Assembly (NCBI RefSeq): GCF_001263205.1
Contig: NZ_CP012333.1
Span: 9,576,073-9,608,072 of the forward strand
From: Labilithrix luteola
GTDB taxonomy: Bacteria; Myxococcota_A; Polyangia; Polyangiales; Polyangiaceae
Length of the DNA stretch: 32,000 bases
Direction: 5' to 3'
The notes beneath the pieces were generated by a model that made no database searches, was not told the DNA's origin, and saw only the letters and a list, made by a program, of their open reading frames with translations. Below, piece after piece: positions 29,965 to 32,000 of the stretch. Each line of letters begins with the position of its first letter. Positions within the stretch are counted from its first letter, which is position 1. The position numbers and the translations under genes are program-made.

Positions 29965-30172
29965 ACGAGCATTCTATCGATGTCGCGCGCGGAAGGAACG
30001 GTCCTCCTTGGTCCGTCGCGCGATTCCCGCGGGACGGGTCGCGCAGGCTCGCGCACGGTCGCACAAGCTCGTCCCCTGTCATCGTTGCCTCGCTGCCTCG
30101 TGTGCTTGGCTCAAGGCGCTCGGCGTCATCCGTTTGGGTGATGTCCGGTTCCGATCGCTTCCCCCCACCCCA

Positions 30173-31117
30173 TCACGAAGGAATGACTTTCAGGATGGTC
30201 TTGCCGCGCGCATGCCCCTTGGCGAGGTGCTCGTAGGCCTCCTGGGCGCGCTCGAGTGGCACGACGGCATCGACGATCGGCACGATCACCCCCTGATCGA
30301 CGAGCTCCGCGATCCGTTCGAGCTGGGCGCGATCGGGATGGACGACGAAGAATTGCGCGTGCACCCGCGGATCGTCCGCGCGGTCGTCGGGAATAGGCTG
30401 AGCGATCGAGATGAGCAGCCCGTCGTCGACGAGGACGCCGAAGGACCGGGTGAGTGTGTCGCCACCGACGCAATCGAGCACGACGTCGACATCGCTCACG
30501 ACGTCTTCGAAGTGGACCGCCTCGTGGTCCACGACTTCGTCGGCACCGAGCGCGCGCACGAGATCGAGGTTGGATTCGGACGCGGTTCCGATGACGTGTG
30601 CCCCGGCCCAACGTGCCAGCTGAACGGCCACGCATCCGACACCGCCCGCGGCGCCATGGATGAGCAAGCGATGCCCGGCCTCGAGGCGCGCCCGGTCGAA
30701 GAGCGCCTGCCAGGCGGTCAACGCGGCCAGTGGAACGGCCGCCGCGTGAAGGTCGTCCACGGAGCGTGGAGCACGCGCAATCTCGCTCGCAGTGGCAATC
30801 GCGTACTCGGCTTCGGCGCCGTCACGGGCGAAGTCCGTCAGGCCGTAGACGCGGTCGCCCGTGTGGAGGTCGGGCGTTCCGACCCCCACGGCCGCCACTT
30901 CTCCGCAGAGCTCGTGGCCGGGAATCGGATGCGCGCGCGGAATTCCGTTACGCGTGCGCCACGTCTCTCCCCAGTCGAGCTCCGTGAGCGTGATACCTGC
31001 CGCGTGAACGTGCACGAGCACTTCGCCGGGGCCGGGCTTGGGACGAGGCACGTCCGAGAGGTTGACGGTCGATGCTCTTCCGCATCGCTCGAGACAGACG
31101 GCCTTCATCATCGACAC
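30173..31117 (-). CDS. Medium-chain dehydrogenase/reductase, NADPH:quinone oxidoreductase / zinc-type alcohol dehydrogenase-like
   Basis: PGEVLVHVHAAGI, GHELCGEVAAVG and LLIHGAAGGVGCVAVQLAR (AxxGxxG cofactor motif). GTG 31117 has GGAGG 6 nt upstream. Confidence 0.88.
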   Translation of the reverse strand: MSMMKAVCLERCGRASTVNLSDVPRPKPGPGEVLVHVHAAGITLTELDWGETWRTRNGIPRAHPIPGHELCGEVAAVGVGTPDLHTGDRVYGLTDFARDGAEAEYAIATASEIARAPRSVDDLHAAAVPLAALTAWQALFDRARLEAGHRLLIHGAAGGVGCVAVQLARWAGAHVIGTASESNLDLVRALGADEVVDHEAVHFEDVVSDVDVVLDCVGGDTLTRSFGVLVDDGLLISIAQPIPDDRADDPRVHAQFFVVHPDRAQLERIAELVDQGVIVPIVDAVVPLERAQEAYEHLAKGHARGKTILKVIPS

Positions 31118-31200
31118 GGCTCACCTCCGCAAGAAAAGTCCCCTCCCGGCGAACCTGGGGCCCTTCATGCGGACTGCAAGCACGACGCCGTGCGTTCGCT

Positions 31201-32000
31201 CTAATCGTTCGGGGGCGGCACGGCGCAGGTCGCGGTGATCGCCGACTCGTTCGCGGCGCAGGCCGCAGGCGCGGCCTCACCCAAGGTCACGCTGCCGAGC
31301 CAATCGGCGACGTAGCTGCTCCGCATGTCGAGGATGCTTCCGTGCGTAGCCGATGCCTCGATGCACACGGACAGGTTCACGCCGTCGTCCTTCAAGCGAT
31401 CGAGTCCGCAGCGCATGCGCGTGGGCGGGATGGTGGTGTCCGCGCCGCCGTAGAGCATGAGGATCGGCACCTTCACGGCGGCACCGGTGATGTGCGGGCG
31501 ATCGGCGCTGTAACGCTTGATCCACTTCTCGCAGACGCTGCCGGGGTCGCAGTCACCGCCGTAGGCGGCCCTCGCCGAAACCGCTTTCACGAACGCGGCG
31601 TCGAACAGCTCGTAGCCGTACGTCCCGAGCGCTTCGAGCTTCGGATAGCTCGAGGCCCAGCACTGCGTGTCGACGAAGTCTTTGACCGCGTCTTGCTTGG
31701 CGGCCGCGAAGAGCTTCTTCCCCTCGCCCGGTCCGTCGAGCAACTCGGCCTGCGTGTAGTGGTACCAGATGCTGACGGCGTTCGGCGAAGGCTGACCGGC
31801 GATCGGGTAGCCGGCACCGATGCCCGAATCGAGCAGCGCGCCCCACGAACGCTGACTGAGCCAGAGCGGCGCGTAGACGGCGACGCCCGCAATCGTGCCT
31901 TCCGTCCCGTACGACTCGGAGAGCGCGAGCGCCGCGAGCGCGCTGTGACCACCCTGCGAATGACCGACGATGACCGTCTTGTCGCCAAGCTGCGGAAAGA
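31201..32000 (-). CDS. Alpha/beta-hydrolase (lipase/esterase-like), 5' end beyond the window
   Basis: The frame of ORF 31201..31743 stays open upstream to the window edge. There it reads ...DKTVIVGHSQGGHSALAALALSE..., the GxSxG nucleophile elbow (GHSQG). PILMLYGGADTTIP and ATHGS are consistent with the acid and His loops. Confidence 0.75.
   Translation of the reverse strand, partial: FPQLGDKTVIVGHSQGGHSALAALALSESYGTEGTIAGVAVYAPLWLSQRSWGALLDSGIGAGYPIAGQPSPNAVSIWYHYTQAELLDGPGEGKKLFAAAKQDAVKDFVDTQCWASSYPKLEALGTYGYELFDAAFVKAVSARAAYGGDCDPGSVCEKWIKRYSADRPHITGAAVKVPILMLYGGADTTIPPTRMRCGLDRLKDDGVNLSVCIEASATHGSILDMRSSYVADWLGSVTLGEAAPAACAANESAITATCAVPPPND

Overview
This is a very GC-rich bacterial chromosomal segment, with third codon positions almost always G/C. 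The gene content suggests Myxococcota, but that is inference only: a Hanks-type Ser/Thr kinase, a TSP3-repeat outer-membrane protein, many secreted beta-propeller and lipoproteins, and Pro/Ala-rich linkers. All functional calls rest on motif and architecture recognition by eye, because no searches were possible. I support about 30 protein-coding genes and one RNA gene. The RNA gene is RNase P RNA (rnpB, minus strand, ~15940-16390). It is invisible in the ORF track and is overlain by long spurious ORFs. Recognisable genes are yggX (partial), an MBL-fold hydrolase, erpA, a SahR-like ArsR/methyltransferase regulator directly upstream of metH, an MCP-cheW pair, a group II PLP decarboxylase, a GT39-like membrane glycosyltransferase, maf, ygfZ, a YegS-type lipid kinase, an SRPBCC lipoprotein, an ABC-2 permease, an atypical SDR, two tandem paralogous beta-propeller lipoproteins, a Ser/Thr kinase, an MDR oxidoreductase and a partial alpha/beta hydrolase. 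I saw no transposase, integrase, CRISPR array, tRNA or recognisable defence genes, so the window looks like ordinary core chromosome rather than an island. The most notable observations are these. (1) metH and the MBL hydrolase are each broken by a one-nucleotide frame change, and both breaks sit at the same heptamer, C-CCG-AGC. (2) There is a SahR-type regulator-metH operon with two TCCGGA-centred palindromes upstream. (3) Several translationally coupled envelope gene sets are uncharacterised: a zinc-ribbon/TMLG-motif membrane protein with a propeller protein; a lipid kinase, START-like lipoprotein and ATPase-less ABC-2 permease with a membrane protein; and an outer-membrane protein with a PPC-domain protein carrying a perfect 42-bp tandem repeat. 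None of these can be called a new system with confidence from sequence alone.
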